Shown in pieces: positions 31,420-42,100 of a DNA stretch of 64,000 nucleotides. The notes under the pieces are model-generated. The model saw only the letters and a program-made list of their open reading frames with translations. It had not been told where the DNA came from and searched no databases. The stretch lies in IMG/VR virus record IMGVR_UViG_3300033145_001255, positions 5,216 to 69,215 of that record; one strand, written 5' to 3'. Every line of letters begins with the position of its first letter. The stretch's first letter is position 1. This DNA is from a virus. The position numbers were made by a program, and so were the translations under genes.

Positions 31420-31510
31420 CCGTTCATCAACTCCTTAAGTTTTTTCTATGCCGGTTGCGAGGCGCGCAAGTCGCAACCACGTACGCGCCTGCCAGCATGT
31501 CGAATAGGTA

Positions 31511-31693
31511 TTACAACAATGATTTCTTATTGAGATCTTCTTCTTCACTATCATTAATATTCCAGCGCCGTGTTAAGTCATCACGTTTCTTATGCTCGTC
31601 AAGCCTGCGCTGCACGAACCGAGACAGGTTGATATCCTTGTCAGTCACGTACTTGTCCTGCGCGTCTGTGATTGTGATGTGCTTTTCTTTCAT
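31511..31693 (-). CDS. Ribbon-helix-helix regulator
   Basis: KHITITDAQDKYV...INLSRFVQRRL, with an upstream TTTATAA box on the - strand. Confidence 0.65.
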   Translation of the reverse strand: MKEKHITITDAQDKYVTDKDINLSRFVQRRLDEHKKRDDLTRRWNINDSEEEDLNKKSLL

Positions 31694-31824
31694 AGTCTAT
31701 TATAGACATGATAGACTTTATAAACCTTTGCATCATAGAAAATTATAAATACTACTGCGCGCTAAGAATAACTTAATGACATCAAAGCATGTCAGATTTT
31801 TGCACCTGTTGAGGCGCATGACCT

Positions 31825-32766
31825 ATGAAGTACCTATTTACAGCTAAGCGGATTTTTGAAGAATTACTCAATACCAATCCTCAGCCCACAGGCTCGTACC
31901 AGTGGTTCAAGGTCATGAAAGGAGACATCCTAAACTTCCAGCAGGTCGAGGATTTCGAGAAGTACGACGTCGTTCATATCAACATGACGCAATACGACCA
32001 GCCTTATGTGCAGGACATCCGCACGAAACTAAAGAACTCGTCCACTAAGATAGTACTCAACCAAGACCACGTACCGCAGACGTGGGACAAGGCATTCATG
32101 CACCCGCTAACAATGCGCCAGGCATTCGAGCTGGGCGACTATGTATTCGCGACTACACCGCAGGCGCAGTCAATGTTACAGGCGCTCATGCCGAAAGACA
32201 GGAAAGTACACATGATGCCGCACCCCTGCGAGACACACATCCTTAAGAAGTTGAAATTTACCGGCTACGGCAAGGTCAATCACATGCTCATCATGTATCA
32301 CGTCTATGACAATCCTGTATTCCACCCGTTCTTCGCGACCTACGATCAGGGCATCACAACCGCGCTCGTAAACTATTTCCCGGAGAACGACCCGCGCACC
32401 AAGGCGACCACTGCCATGTATGACCATGCCTATCCGTCTGTCGCGTTCCCGGAATGGCTAAGGATGCTATCTGAGTGCAAGCTGATCTACGAGCCTTATA
32501 CCTGCCATTCGTTCGGCAGGATGTCGTGCGAGAGCGCGTGCCTGAAAGTACCGTGTGTGGGCTCGGACACTGTCGGCTCGATGCAGAGGCTATACCCAAA
32601 CACGTCAGGCTCGATATGGGACGGCATGAAGATGCGCAGCTTAATAAGCAAGGTCTTGACTAATGTTAGTTTCAGGGACGAGATTGTCGAGCACGCGTAT
32701 GATACAGTCGAGTATTATAATTTCAAGAACAGCAAAGAGAGGTTCATGGAGATGATTGAATCATGA
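31825..32766 (+). CDS. Glycosyltransferase (GT-B-like), paralog of 11710-12825
   Basis: SFGRMSCESACLKVPCVGS, VLNQDH, PHPCETH. Confidence 0.7.
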   Translation: MKYLFTAKRIFEELLNTNPQPTGSYQWFKVMKGDILNFQQVEDFEKYDVVHINMTQYDQPYVQDIRTKLKNSSTKIVLNQDHVPQTWDKAFMHPLTMRQAFELGDYVFATTPQAQSMLQALMPKDRKVHMMPHPCETHILKKLKFTGYGKVNHMLIMYHVYDNPVFHPFFATYDQGITTALVNYFPENDPRTKATTAMYDHAYPSVAFPEWLRMLSECKLIYEPYTCHSFGRMSCESACLKVPCVGSDTVGSMQRLYPNTSGSIWDGMKMRSLISKVLTNVSFRDEIVEHAYDTVEYYNFKNSKERFMEMIES

Positions 32767-33368
32767 CAGACGACCTACTAAACGCGGATTTCGAGAAGCA
32801 TTTCGGCAAGTCCAGCCCTGAGCCTAACTTAGAGGCGCGCATGAGCAACCCGGACTATCGGTTCATCTGGTGCTTAAATCAGATAGCAGGCAAGACAGTA
32901 CTGGACGTGGGCTGCGCAGACGGGCAGTTCCTTAAGATGATGAAGGCAGTTGACCTCGAGCCTGAGGGCTATGACATGAGTTCAAAGGCGAGAATTTCAG
33001 CGCAGAAAAACGCCAATGTCCCTATCTATTCCGCACTGGATATCATCAGAGCTGCGAGCTTTGACACGGTAGTATCACTGCAAACAATAGAGCATGTAGA
33101 TAAGCCGGAAGTATTCCTAAAAGATATAGGTGCTAAAGCAAAGGACATGATAATATTTACAACCCCTATCGAGAACGCGCTGCCAGACCCAATGCACAAG
33201 CACGGGTTCACAGTCTATTCCATCAACTCGTTAGTGACGCAGGTGTTCGGCGAGGATGCAGACTTTGATATATACTATCTCAACAAGTTCCAAGAAGGGC
33301 TGGCGCCTAACCTGTTCGGAGTTGTTATCAGGCTAAATAAAACGGAGGGAGAAAAGAATGACAGCTGA
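32763..33368 (+). CDS. Class I SAM-dependent methyltransferase
   Basis: VLDVGCADG, FDTVVSLQTIEH, FTTP. Confidence 0.85.
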   Translation: MTDDLLNADFEKHFGKSSPEPNLEARMSNPDYRFIWCLNQIAGKTVLDVGCADGQFLKMMKAVDLEPEGYDMSSKARISAQKNANVPIYSALDIIRAASFDTVVSLQTIEHVDKPEVFLKDIGAKAKDMIIFTTPIENALPDPMHKHGFTVYSINSLVTQVFGEDADFDIYYLNKFQEGLAPNLFGVVIRLNKTEGEKNDS

Positions 33369-33696
33369 AATATTCAAGACCGGTCACAAACCCGGTAAGG
33401 GCAGATACGTGTGCGTGGCATGCAAGGAAGACTTATATCTGGATGACGATACTGACAGGCTGCCGCCATGCGCGTGCAAGGGCGTGGAGTTCACAAGAGA
33501 AGACAGGCCAGCCCCGAAAGCACAGAAACCCAAGCCTGCCAAAGACCAGATTAAAATCTCAGCGCAGGAGGGCGGGCGATTCTCGTCCAACCGCGACGGG
33601 GTACATATAGACTTCACTCTCGACAAGGGCGAGAACATAATCACTAAGGCGCAGTACGAGCTATGCAAGGACGCGCCCGGCATTAAAAAACAATAA
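33358..33696 (+). CDS. Zinc-ribbon protein
   Basis: KTGHKPGKGRYVCVAC...LPPCAC. Confidence 0.6.
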   Translation: MTAEIFKTGHKPGKGRYVCVACKEDLYLDDDTDRLPPCACKGVEFTREDRPAPKAQKPKPAKDQIKISAQEGGRFSSNRDGVHIDFTLDKGENIITKAQYELCKDAPGIKKQ

Positions 33697-33712
33697 TCGG
33701 AGATGATATTTT

Positions 33713-34714
33713 ATGACAGGCACAGCAATTTCAAAACCAGAAATGGGATATAACGGATTACTACAGTTCGGGGTCGAGTCGAGCTACGGCAAGGCAGTAG
33801 ATGCCACAAGGAGATTGGCGTACGTGCGCCCGTCAGACCCGGAGATCTCAAACTCTCTGGACACAGAAAGATTCCTGGCGAACAACGGCAGGGACATACC
33901 AACGCCACTGATGGGAAACCTGGACATCGCGTTCTCGTTCGAGCAGCGCGCGTCAGAGATGACATTATTGAAGTATGTCCTGGGCACAGTCTCGTCAAGT
34001 ACAGGCGCGCCAACTTATACGCATACCCTGACACCTGCCAATACTGTCAAGTCACTTACCATGTGGACCGGGCTGGATACTGATACTAACCGCATGAAGA
34101 GGCTTGGCGGCTGCAAGATAGGCAGATATTCACTGTCAGGCTCGGAGGGCGCGCCCTGGGTAGAAAGGTTTGACATGATAGTATCGCACCCGAAATACTC
34201 GACGACTGTGACTTCATTATCGCAGACAACTGTAAGACCGTTTGAATGGTTCGACTCTAAATTTGAATGGTCATACGAAGGCTCGACCTATACAGAGATA
34301 CCGCATGTGCGCGGATTCGAGATGGTGTATGACAATGACCTGCGCGGCGAGCGATACCTGGCGACTTATGATAATGTTCCTAAGAGATGTATCAACGCTT
34401 GCCATGAAGGTGTTCGCGCTTATGCACTTACACTGACAAAGGACTTCACAGACATTACCGAGTTCACTCAGTTCTTGGGCTCGTCAACAGCCGCAGCTAC
34501 TACGCCGAAGGTAACGCCGAAGAAAGGCAAGCTAAAGCTCACACTAACAAGAAGCGCGACTGATAATGTCGTGGTCGAGTTCACAAGCGTCTACATAGAT
34601 AACCCTGGCTGGCGCAACCCTGACGCTGCCGGACCTGTCCAGTACAATCTAGTCATGGTCGGTGAGACACTCGGCAGTGTGGTCGTGACTAACACGACAG
34701 CCTCGTTTTGGTAG
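33713..34714 (+). CDS. Major tail tube protein
   Basis: FGVESSYG, LKYVLG..S...YTHTLTP, SLT, GCKI..SL pattern, upstream of chaperones and TMP. Confidence 0.75.
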   Translation: MTGTAISKPEMGYNGLLQFGVESSYGKAVDATRRLAYVRPSDPEISNSLDTERFLANNGRDIPTPLMGNLDIAFSFEQRASEMTLLKYVLGTVSSSTGAPTYTHTLTPANTVKSLTMWTGLDTDTNRMKRLGGCKIGRYSLSGSEGAPWVERFDMIVSHPKYSTTVTSLSQTTVRPFEWFDSKFEWSYEGSTYTEIPHVRGFEMVYDNDLRGERYLATYDNVPKRCINACHEGVRAYALTLTKDFTDITEFTQFLGSSTAAATTPKVTPKKGKLKLTLTRSATDNVVVEFTSVYIDNPGWRNPDAAGPVQYNLVMVGETLGSVVVTNTTASFW

Positions 34715-34771
34715 TCTGGTGCAACGCGCCATACTACATATAGTATATTGGGAGATGGAGATTGATAGAAG

Positions 34772-35262
34772 ATGGATTACATGCAAGAGACAAAGGATTA
34801 CACATTTAAGAGAATCAATAAGACAGTCAAGATAGGGCGCGTCACAGCTCATCAGTTCCTAAGCTCGGCGCAGTCTAATGTACCGTTCCCAGTATTGGCG
34901 ATGGTCAAGATGTCGGAAGCTGAACGCAACGAACTGTTGAAGAAGATAACGTTCCCGGAATACCTGGACTACGCGCAGACTGCTAACGCGTTCAACGGCA
35001 ACCTGCCGGAAGAGGAAATGGAAAAAAAGTAAAAGGCTATGAAGGGTATGTGCTGCTGACATTCCTCGAGCGCTGGAACAAATCTCCTGACGAAGTACGC
35101 AGGCAGAGCATGACAGATATATTCATTGTCATGAAGCGTCTTGAATGGGAGAAAGAGGAAGCAGACAAGAAGCGCAAGGAAGTTGAGGACAAGAACAAGC
35201 GCGCAGCAGACACGTCCGACAGCAGGCGCAGGATGGATACATTGATGAAGCAGATGAGATGA
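34772..35262 (+). CDS. Tail assembly chaperone pair (34772-35032 and 35050-35262) joined by a -1 frameshift
   Basis: Slippery A AAA AAG at 35023-35029 right before TAA. The -1 frame is open into the second ORF (KVKGYEGYVLLTF...). Confidence 0.75.
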
Positions 35263-35266
35263 TACT

Positions 35267-36718
35267 ATGAACTCAGCTTACGACGTACTCGATATGGGCA
35301 AGAAAGGATTTGAATGGCTATTCGAGTCAGAGATAAAGATAGGCAGGTATTTGATGACTGGTGGTACTTCCGCTAAGCCTACTTCTATGGATTGCATCAT
35401 GACCGCTATGAACTTTGTCGGGATAAGTTCTGCTGCCAAGATAGGGAAGCTCGGCTGGAAGATACTGATGAAGAAACCTATCGGCGTTATAGGTAAACTC
35501 GTACCGTTCGGCGCTAAGGAGATAGGTATTACTGGCGCAGCTATGGGCTATGGCGCTTTGACAAAGGGCTCAGAGCGCGGTGTGGCAGAAGCTTACTGGG
35601 GTCCGTCCGGCATGGCGCCAATGGCTATCTGGGGCGGTGTCAAGGAATCGGCAGAGGCACTGACGAAACCGATTGGCGCGGCATTACGTGGCGGTCATCT
35701 CGACCTGGCAGAGCAAGGCATTGCCAATGCCCGTGAACAGCGCAAGAAGATAGTTGCATTACAGAAACTTACCGAACCTCTTACACCGGAAGTAGGACCA
35801 GTCGGCGAATGGGCTATCAAGAGTCTCGACAGGACAATAGCGAAATACCAGAAGTCTCTTGACCATGCCAAATATGTCATGCCGAACATCAAGCACCAAC
35901 AGGAACAGCTTGACGAAGAACAGCGCGCTAAGCAATCCAACATCAAAGCGCTCGAGAGTTATAACGACGAGCTTAACAAACTTAACACAATCGAGCAGCG
36001 GGTATTGAAAGCGCGGTTCACAACTCCCGCGGAGATAGGCGGCATAAAAGTTGACTCGGAACTGGCGGCTATGGAATCTGTCTGGGGGCAGAACATGGAT
36101 ATGATGACAACTGAACGGGCAATGCTGATAAGAGCAGATCCATACGCCAGGCATAAAGGCATGGTATCTGCTGAGAACCTGCACTCTAAAGGCGCTAAAT
36201 TACAGATAGCCAAACTCAATCTTGGGTTCGTGCGCGCAACTACAGGCACAGAATCCAAAGACAGGGCAATGGTGGCATTACAGCAGGCTCATGCGCAGGA
36301 ACAGTTAAGGTCTGCGCAGTCTGAACTTGGTATCGAGACCGAGAGACAGAAAGCAGAAGCTGGCGATACGCTTGCCGTTGCACTTGAAAAACAGCAGTTA
36401 TTATTCCAGGCGTCGCAGATTGATTTCCAGTTGGCATATTCCATGCAGCATGAGCTTGTCATGATGACGCACGCCAAACAGCAGGACGCATCAAGCGAGC
36501 AGCCCAAGACACTCGAAGCAGTCAAGGACAAGCTAACAGAGTTATGGGCTGAACAGTCTACTCTCGAAACATCTGTGACAGATTACGCGAGCAAGATAAA
36601 AGGCAATGAGGAAACTGCTGTAGGCTATGCCAAGCAGTTAGTAGAACTGGAAAAGGAATATATCGACCCGCTGGAATTGTCAATGAGCGAGTTGAATAAT
36701 TTGATAAGGATGATGTGA
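35267..36718 (+). CDS. Tape-measure-like protein 1
   Basis: Follows the chaperones. Ala/Gly-rich and coiled-coil. C-terminal half paralogous to 36715-38838. Confidence 0.6.
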   Translation: MNSAYDVLDMGKKGFEWLFESEIKIGRYLMTGGTSAKPTSMDCIMTAMNFVGISSAAKIGKLGWKILMKKPIGVIGKLVPFGAKEIGITGAAMGYGALTKGSERGVAEAYWGPSGMAPMAIWGGVKESAEALTKPIGAALRGGHLDLAEQGIANAREQRKKIVALQKLTEPLTPEVGPVGEWAIKSLDRTIAKYQKSLDHAKYVMPNIKHQQEQLDEEQRAKQSNIKALESYNDELNKLNTIEQRVLKARFTTPAEIGGIKVDSELAAMESVWGQNMDMMTTERAMLIRADPYARHKGMVSAENLHSKGAKLQIAKLNLGFVRATTGTESKDRAMVALQQAHAQEQLRSAQSELGIETERQKAEAGDTLAVALEKQQLLFQASQIDFQLAYSMQHELVMMTHAKQQDASSEQPKTLEAVKDKLTELWAEQSTLETSVTDYASKIKGNEETAVGYAKQLVELEKEYIDPLELSMSELNNLIRMM

Positions 36719-38838
36719 TTATGGCAGAAAGACCTGGACGTGGATTTTATAAAGGAATAACTTATACAGATTTTACTGAGATGGGAATGTCGCAGGCATA
36801 TGATGAATCATTCTTATTTCCAAGAAAGTTTCCGCAACAAAGTACATTTCCATCAAAGAAAAGCTTTGAAGAATATCAGAGATTATTATCTGGTACAAAA
36901 TCATTGAACAAAGATAGAAAATGGCTTAATGCATTAGATATTCGTTCTGATGTATTATATGGAAAAGGTGGTCCTTCATCTTACGGCAATCGAATAACCA
37001 ATCAAGTTTTTTCATATCGCGCAGAAGATATGATTGAAAAGATTAAACCTTCCTATTCTACCACCGGCGCAACTTTAGCTGATACTATGCCACGAACAGC
37101 GGCGCGCATGAGTCGAGCGGATATATCCCGCCAATTACCAAAATATATTAATGCAGGAGAATTAGATTCGCGATTGACATCGACGTTGGATTCATTGAAA
37201 GGAAATAAATATCCCCGTGATTATTCTGGTAGAAGAGTTCTTGATTTCTTTGGCAAAGGCGAATCATACCTACAACAAAAACCCAGAGAGATTGTAGACT
37301 ACTGGTCAACACGCGGCGCGTCAGACGTTACCGAGAAAGGCGCCGGAATCCTATCGCGCTTAAAGGGCATGATACCTGGCGGTGGTAGTGCAGGCGCATT
37401 AGGCAAGACCTACGGCGATTATTACAAGGACATACCCGGTGGTGCAGCGAGCAAGGGATTGGGAACATCAGGCAAGCTTGCGATAGCAGGAATTGTAGCT
37501 GGTTTAGCTACTATGGCGCTTACCACATCACCGAAAGGCAGAGAGGCAATAGAGACAGCAACTGGCGTTGAGGGCACGGAAGCATTAAGCCCGTTCAGAC
37601 GCGTTACAGCGCAGGCAATGTGGGGCGGGATTGAAGAGAAACCGCAAGTAGTCGGCATGCAGACTTACATGGCAATGACTAAAGGGTATAACGATATCGC
37701 GGCAGGAGGCTTCAAGGAACTGCGCAGACAGACCGCGGAGAGCACAACCTTTCTGCAGAAGTACGGGCAGGAAAACGAGATTATGACACAGGCAATGACG
37801 CAGTTCAATGACTCGATGATAAAGTCTATTGATATTGGCGAGGCAGTCAACAAGCGCGAGATGGAACGCAAGCGAATAATCGAGACTACCAAGCCAGTAC
37901 GCGACCAGCTAAACCAGTCTCTCGACAATGAGAATATATTGATGGAAGCCAACAGGCGCGAACTGAAATACAAGCAGCAAGACCTGCAGCAAGTTGAGGG
38001 CACAATCGGCAAGCTCATGGGCGCACGGTTCCAGACCGGCGCGGAGATTGGCGGAGTACAGGTATCCAGCCAGCTTGGCGGCGAGAAGCACATGTGGGAC
38101 TTGCAGAAGAATATGTTAGAGGCGCAGAGGGCGCAGTTATTAGCGCCTGATCCATACTCGCAATATAACCAGATGGTCGGTTCTGAGCGGATGGCAGGCG
38201 GCGCTGGTAGGGTCGGAGTTGCGCAGGCTAACTTATCTTTTGTGACAGCCGCATCTGGCACGTCTGCTAAGGACAGGGCAATGGTGGCAGTCCAGCAGCT
38301 GCGGGCAGAAGAGCAGTTACGTTCGGCGCAGGCAGGACTTGACATCGAGACAGAACACCAGCGCGCGCAAGCGGCAGACATCACAGGTCAAGCTTACGAG
38401 AACGCGTCTAAAGCATTTAATATCGCGCAGTTGGATATGCAGCTGACATACGGTAATATGGAGAAGCAGTTGCAGTTCTTTGTGGCGGCTCATCAGGACG
38501 CGGCTAATATCAAGGACGGGATACCCGGGTCGCTGGGCGCAATCGAGACAATGCTTAAATCTACATGGGCAAGCCAGACAGACTTAAACGATTCCATTGA
38601 CGGGTTGAAGACATCCATATCAGGCAATGATGAATCAATAGCTGCATTCAAGGAGAACCTGCGCGACCTGAAAGAGAACGGGGTCGATTATCTTAACGCA
38701 TCTCTGCGCGAACATAACAGGCTGAGAGAAGACCGGGAAGGCTACTCGCCGCTTACAGATGACGCGCCAGATCTCGTAGATGCGCCGACTTTCAATCCAA
38801 GCGCAGAAGAAATAAAGACATCGGGGTATTTGGTATGA
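36715..38838 (+). CDS. Tape-measure-like protein 2
   Basis: TM segment (LAIAGIVAGLATMAL) and coiled coil. Shares ARF.T.AEIGG, DPY and KDRAMVA.QQ...EQLRSAQ with protein 1. Confidence 0.65.
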   Translation: MIMAERPGRGFYKGITYTDFTEMGMSQAYDESFLFPRKFPQQSTFPSKKSFEEYQRLLSGTKSLNKDRKWLNALDIRSDVLYGKGGPSSYGNRITNQVFSYRAEDMIEKIKPSYSTTGATLADTMPRTAARMSRADISRQLPKYINAGELDSRLTSTLDSLKGNKYPRDYSGRRVLDFFGKGESYLQQKPREIVDYWSTRGASDVTEKGAGILSRLKGMIPGGGSAGALGKTYGDYYKDIPGGAASKGLGTSGKLAIAGIVAGLATMALTTSPKGREAIETATGVEGTEALSPFRRVTAQAMWGGIEEKPQVVGMQTYMAMTKGYNDIAAGGFKELRRQTAESTTFLQKYGQENEIMTQAMTQFNDSMIKSIDIGEAVNKREMERKRIIETTKPVRDQLNQSLDNENILMEANRRELKYKQQDLQQVEGTIGKLMGARFQTGAEIGGVQVSSQLGGEKHMWDLQKNMLEAQRAQLLAPDPYSQYNQMVGSERMAGGAGRVGVAQANLSFVTAASGTSAKDRAMVAVQQLRAEEQLRSAQAGLDIETEHQRAQAADITGQAYENASKAFNIAQLDMQLTYGNMEKQLQFFVAAHQDAANIKDGIPGSLGAIETMLKSTWASQTDLNDSIDGLKTSISGNDESIAAFKENLRDLKENGVDYLNASLREHNRLREDREGYSPLTDDAPDLVDAPTFNPSAEEIKTSGYLV

Positions 38839-39197
38839 CAGAGATTACATCAGTTACACTTGAGCAGTCCGGCACGACAGTAACAATGAATACTGTATCA
38901 GCGCGCAAGCCAAAGACACCGATACTCGGCAAGATGGCAATCTACGGCGGGACTGAGATTGTGCAGGTTATCGGGTCACGAACCAAGGTCATAACACTGG
39001 CTGTCACATTGAAGGGCGCAGACAAGGATACTGACAAGGCGGCGCTTGAAGCCATGCGCGACTCGCTGGCAGTAGCAACATATAATGATACCGAGGAAGG
39101 AGATGTAGATGTGTTCGTTGACTGCGAGTTCCCGCATATCGGGGGCACAGAGCCGGTATTCTATAAAGGGCGCGTAACGTGTACGAGGGCTGACTAG
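38835..39197 (+). CDS. Distal tail-like protein
   Basis: 120 aa directly after TMP, ITL.VTL.G...D.AALEA pattern. Confidence 0.45.
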   Translation: MTEITSVTLEQSGTTVTMNTVSARKPKTPILGKMAIYGGTEIVQVIGSRTKVITLAVTLKGADKDTDKAALEAMRDSLAVATYNDTEEGDVDVFVDCEFPHIGGTEPVFYKGRVTCTRAD

Positions 39198-39198
39198 T

Positions 39199-42100
39199 AT
39201 GAATGATTACATTAAGGTACTTGGAGTATTGGTGTTTCTGGCTTCTGCCAGTGCAGTCTACATCGTCTTCGAGGACGCAGGAGTTAAGATGCGCATAGAT
39301 AACGACGTGTCAAAGTTCTATGTCCAGGACGGGCGCTGGCTCATATCGGGCGAGGAAAGGAATAAACTATACTCTGGCTCTAAGTTAGTTTATAAGGACG
39401 CGCGAAATGTCGAGCGCAATGAGGTCTATGACGGACTGAAAGGAACCATCACGCGCAGGACTCCATACAAGAACGGGGCTATGATATTGGATACCTACGA
39501 GTTCGACGGGGCATTGGAGGCTGTCGAGGATTTCCCGGTTGCGCATACCATTGAGATATTCGATGCCAAGGGTTTGATATACATGTACGAGGTCAAGCGG
39601 CTGGTATACACAGGCGCGAGTGTATGGGATGTCACAAGCCCGCAGAGTTTCGGGCGCAATATGAAAGTAGAGTTTGACGATGGCTATTATTACTCGTCCA
39701 TCTACAAATACAAGAACAAGGACGAGGGCAGGCTATGGGTGAAGTATAGAATCACAGAGGATTATGTCAAGCTGGACATGAGGCTGTTTGATCCTATCAT
39801 CAGCGAGAATTGGTGCTATCAGGAAACTGCAACAACTTCAACCTCGTGTGGCGGGCTGGACTCCGGCAACTATTCTTTTGAAATTGATTATATGTATATT
39901 AATTATTCTAAACCAGTATATGCATTATCTGATAGTGTCTGGCGTGTTAAGCATGGCGCTCTGAGCGCATATAATATCTCGATACCTACAGATTGCTGGG
40001 ACTACGATTCATCATTTCTGATATTTAAGTTTGACTCTGATTTTGAATTTAATGTGCGCGGAAATTCTACTCCTTTCTGCTATAACGGTTCATGGAAACA
40101 AATCGGTACTAATTCATATAGTGCTTGCGGTGATGCACATTACGGCGGCGCGGGGCAAGACCAGGCAAAGACGTATGACGGAGATTGGGATACTGCCGCT
40201 GGCGAGATAGGTGTAGTCATGGACTGGCGAGACACATTAACCTCATGTGGAACTTACGCATATATCTATGAAGATGCAATGTGGTGGCACATGCAGGATC
40301 TTAAACTATATTTGAATGGAACATCAAGCGACAGGTATTATGAATATGGAAGTTATGCTAATTTAACTGTTGATACTAATACTGCCGAAAACGTCTGGCT
40401 CGACATAGACGCGCCCGGCTACGGCGTGAACTATACTAACAGTTCAACCGGTTACTTGGAATATGATTTCCTGACGTTCTCGGGGCTGGACAAGTTCAAC
40501 GATACTGACAGCGCGCAGAACCATACTGCCAATGGCTCGTTCTATTTCACCTTGAATAAGTATGATGTACTGGACTATGCCTATGTGAACCTGACAGGAT
40601 ATAGTATGATTGAATTAGGTGGTGGCAACGCCGTTGACCCACCGTATGGCACACCTACGAGTAGTGGATCTATAATAGATTATAATAATAACATTTCAAT
40701 ATCTGGTACTGTCACTAAATATGAAGTTGCATGCAACGTGCCCGGTGAATTTAAATTAAAGATATTTAGAGCAAATGGTACTCATTATGTTTTTATCGGG
40801 GATGATACTGAAACGCTTAGCGTCGGTATTCATAATTATACATCAAGTATAGATGTTCAGAAAGGCGATCTGATTGGATGTTTCATGCCTGATACTAGTA
40901 TGAAAGTGGAACGATATTCAAGTGGAACGATAAAATATGTTTCACTACAGGACGTAAATACTTCTGCTTATGGAGATTGGAGTACCAATAATGGATTTGC
41001 ACTTGCTGTCAGAGTCTATGTTGACGAACATATTTATCCTGCCGATCTCAAGCTCGACGTGGGCGACGACGGCACGGACGATATCGTTCTGACCGGCTCT
41101 TTGAATGATATTACTGTCTGGCTCGACGAGGTTGACAACACGACCGCCAAGAACCTGACATATACACAGGCAGGAGGGCAGATAGTGTATCTCGATATCT
41201 ACCAGAGCTCGACTGTCGATTATACCAAGATGAACTTCACCGGTCATGAGCATTACGGCGATACAGACCTTGAAGATGGCTACTCATGCAGCGGTACATT
41301 TCACGGCAGTCATCAGTGCATTCTTGCAGTTGACGAAGATTGGTCTACTTATGCAGACGCATTTGACGCCTCGACGTGCTACATCTATACGAGCTATACT
41401 ACACTCGGCGGTGCGGATATAAATCTTACGGCTAAAGTCCGATGCTGGAATGATGTAGGAATAACAGATTCGGATAGGTTCAATATTTCATGCTGGAACT
41501 TTACGAGTACGGCATGGAGCGAGATTGCCAATAAGAAGACTATGGGCTGCGGTACCGGCAGTCCGAGTGTTTTGAATTACACTCACGAACTCGATTCGTC
41601 GTGCGAGTCAGATGGTGATGTCAGATTCAAATATTATCTTTATTCAAAAGAAGGAGGATCTGAACAACTGTATGAGGATAAGGTTACTGCAAAGAGTTAT
41701 CCGCAAAATATCTCTTTCGATACCGGCAATGACCTGCACATAGATTATACGGGTACTACCGCGCTCACGACCGAGACACAGATAGACCTGAACACAACCG
41801 CTATCCAGGACTGGATCGACGACGAATGCTCGACTGTGCCGTGCGCTGTGCCAATCTCGATTTATACGCAGACGTCTGGCATAATCGAGCTGACGGATGT
41901 TGACGTGCGCAGTACAATAGACAACCCACTCGCGCTCGATATTGACCCGATGAATACATTTTTGGACAAGCCGATGGTGTTCAGGAATTACAGTACGATA
42001 ACTGACGTGCTGATGAACGCGACAGAATCATTCTCGCACATAACAGAATTTCAATACGGCGGGACCAATATAATATCCGGTGAGTTTACAGGCGAGTTTT

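Noticed and set aside
37665-38384. Long antisense ORFs in structural genes (this 239-aa one and others)
   Set aside because: No motifs, RBS or promoter. They shadow well-supported + strand genes.
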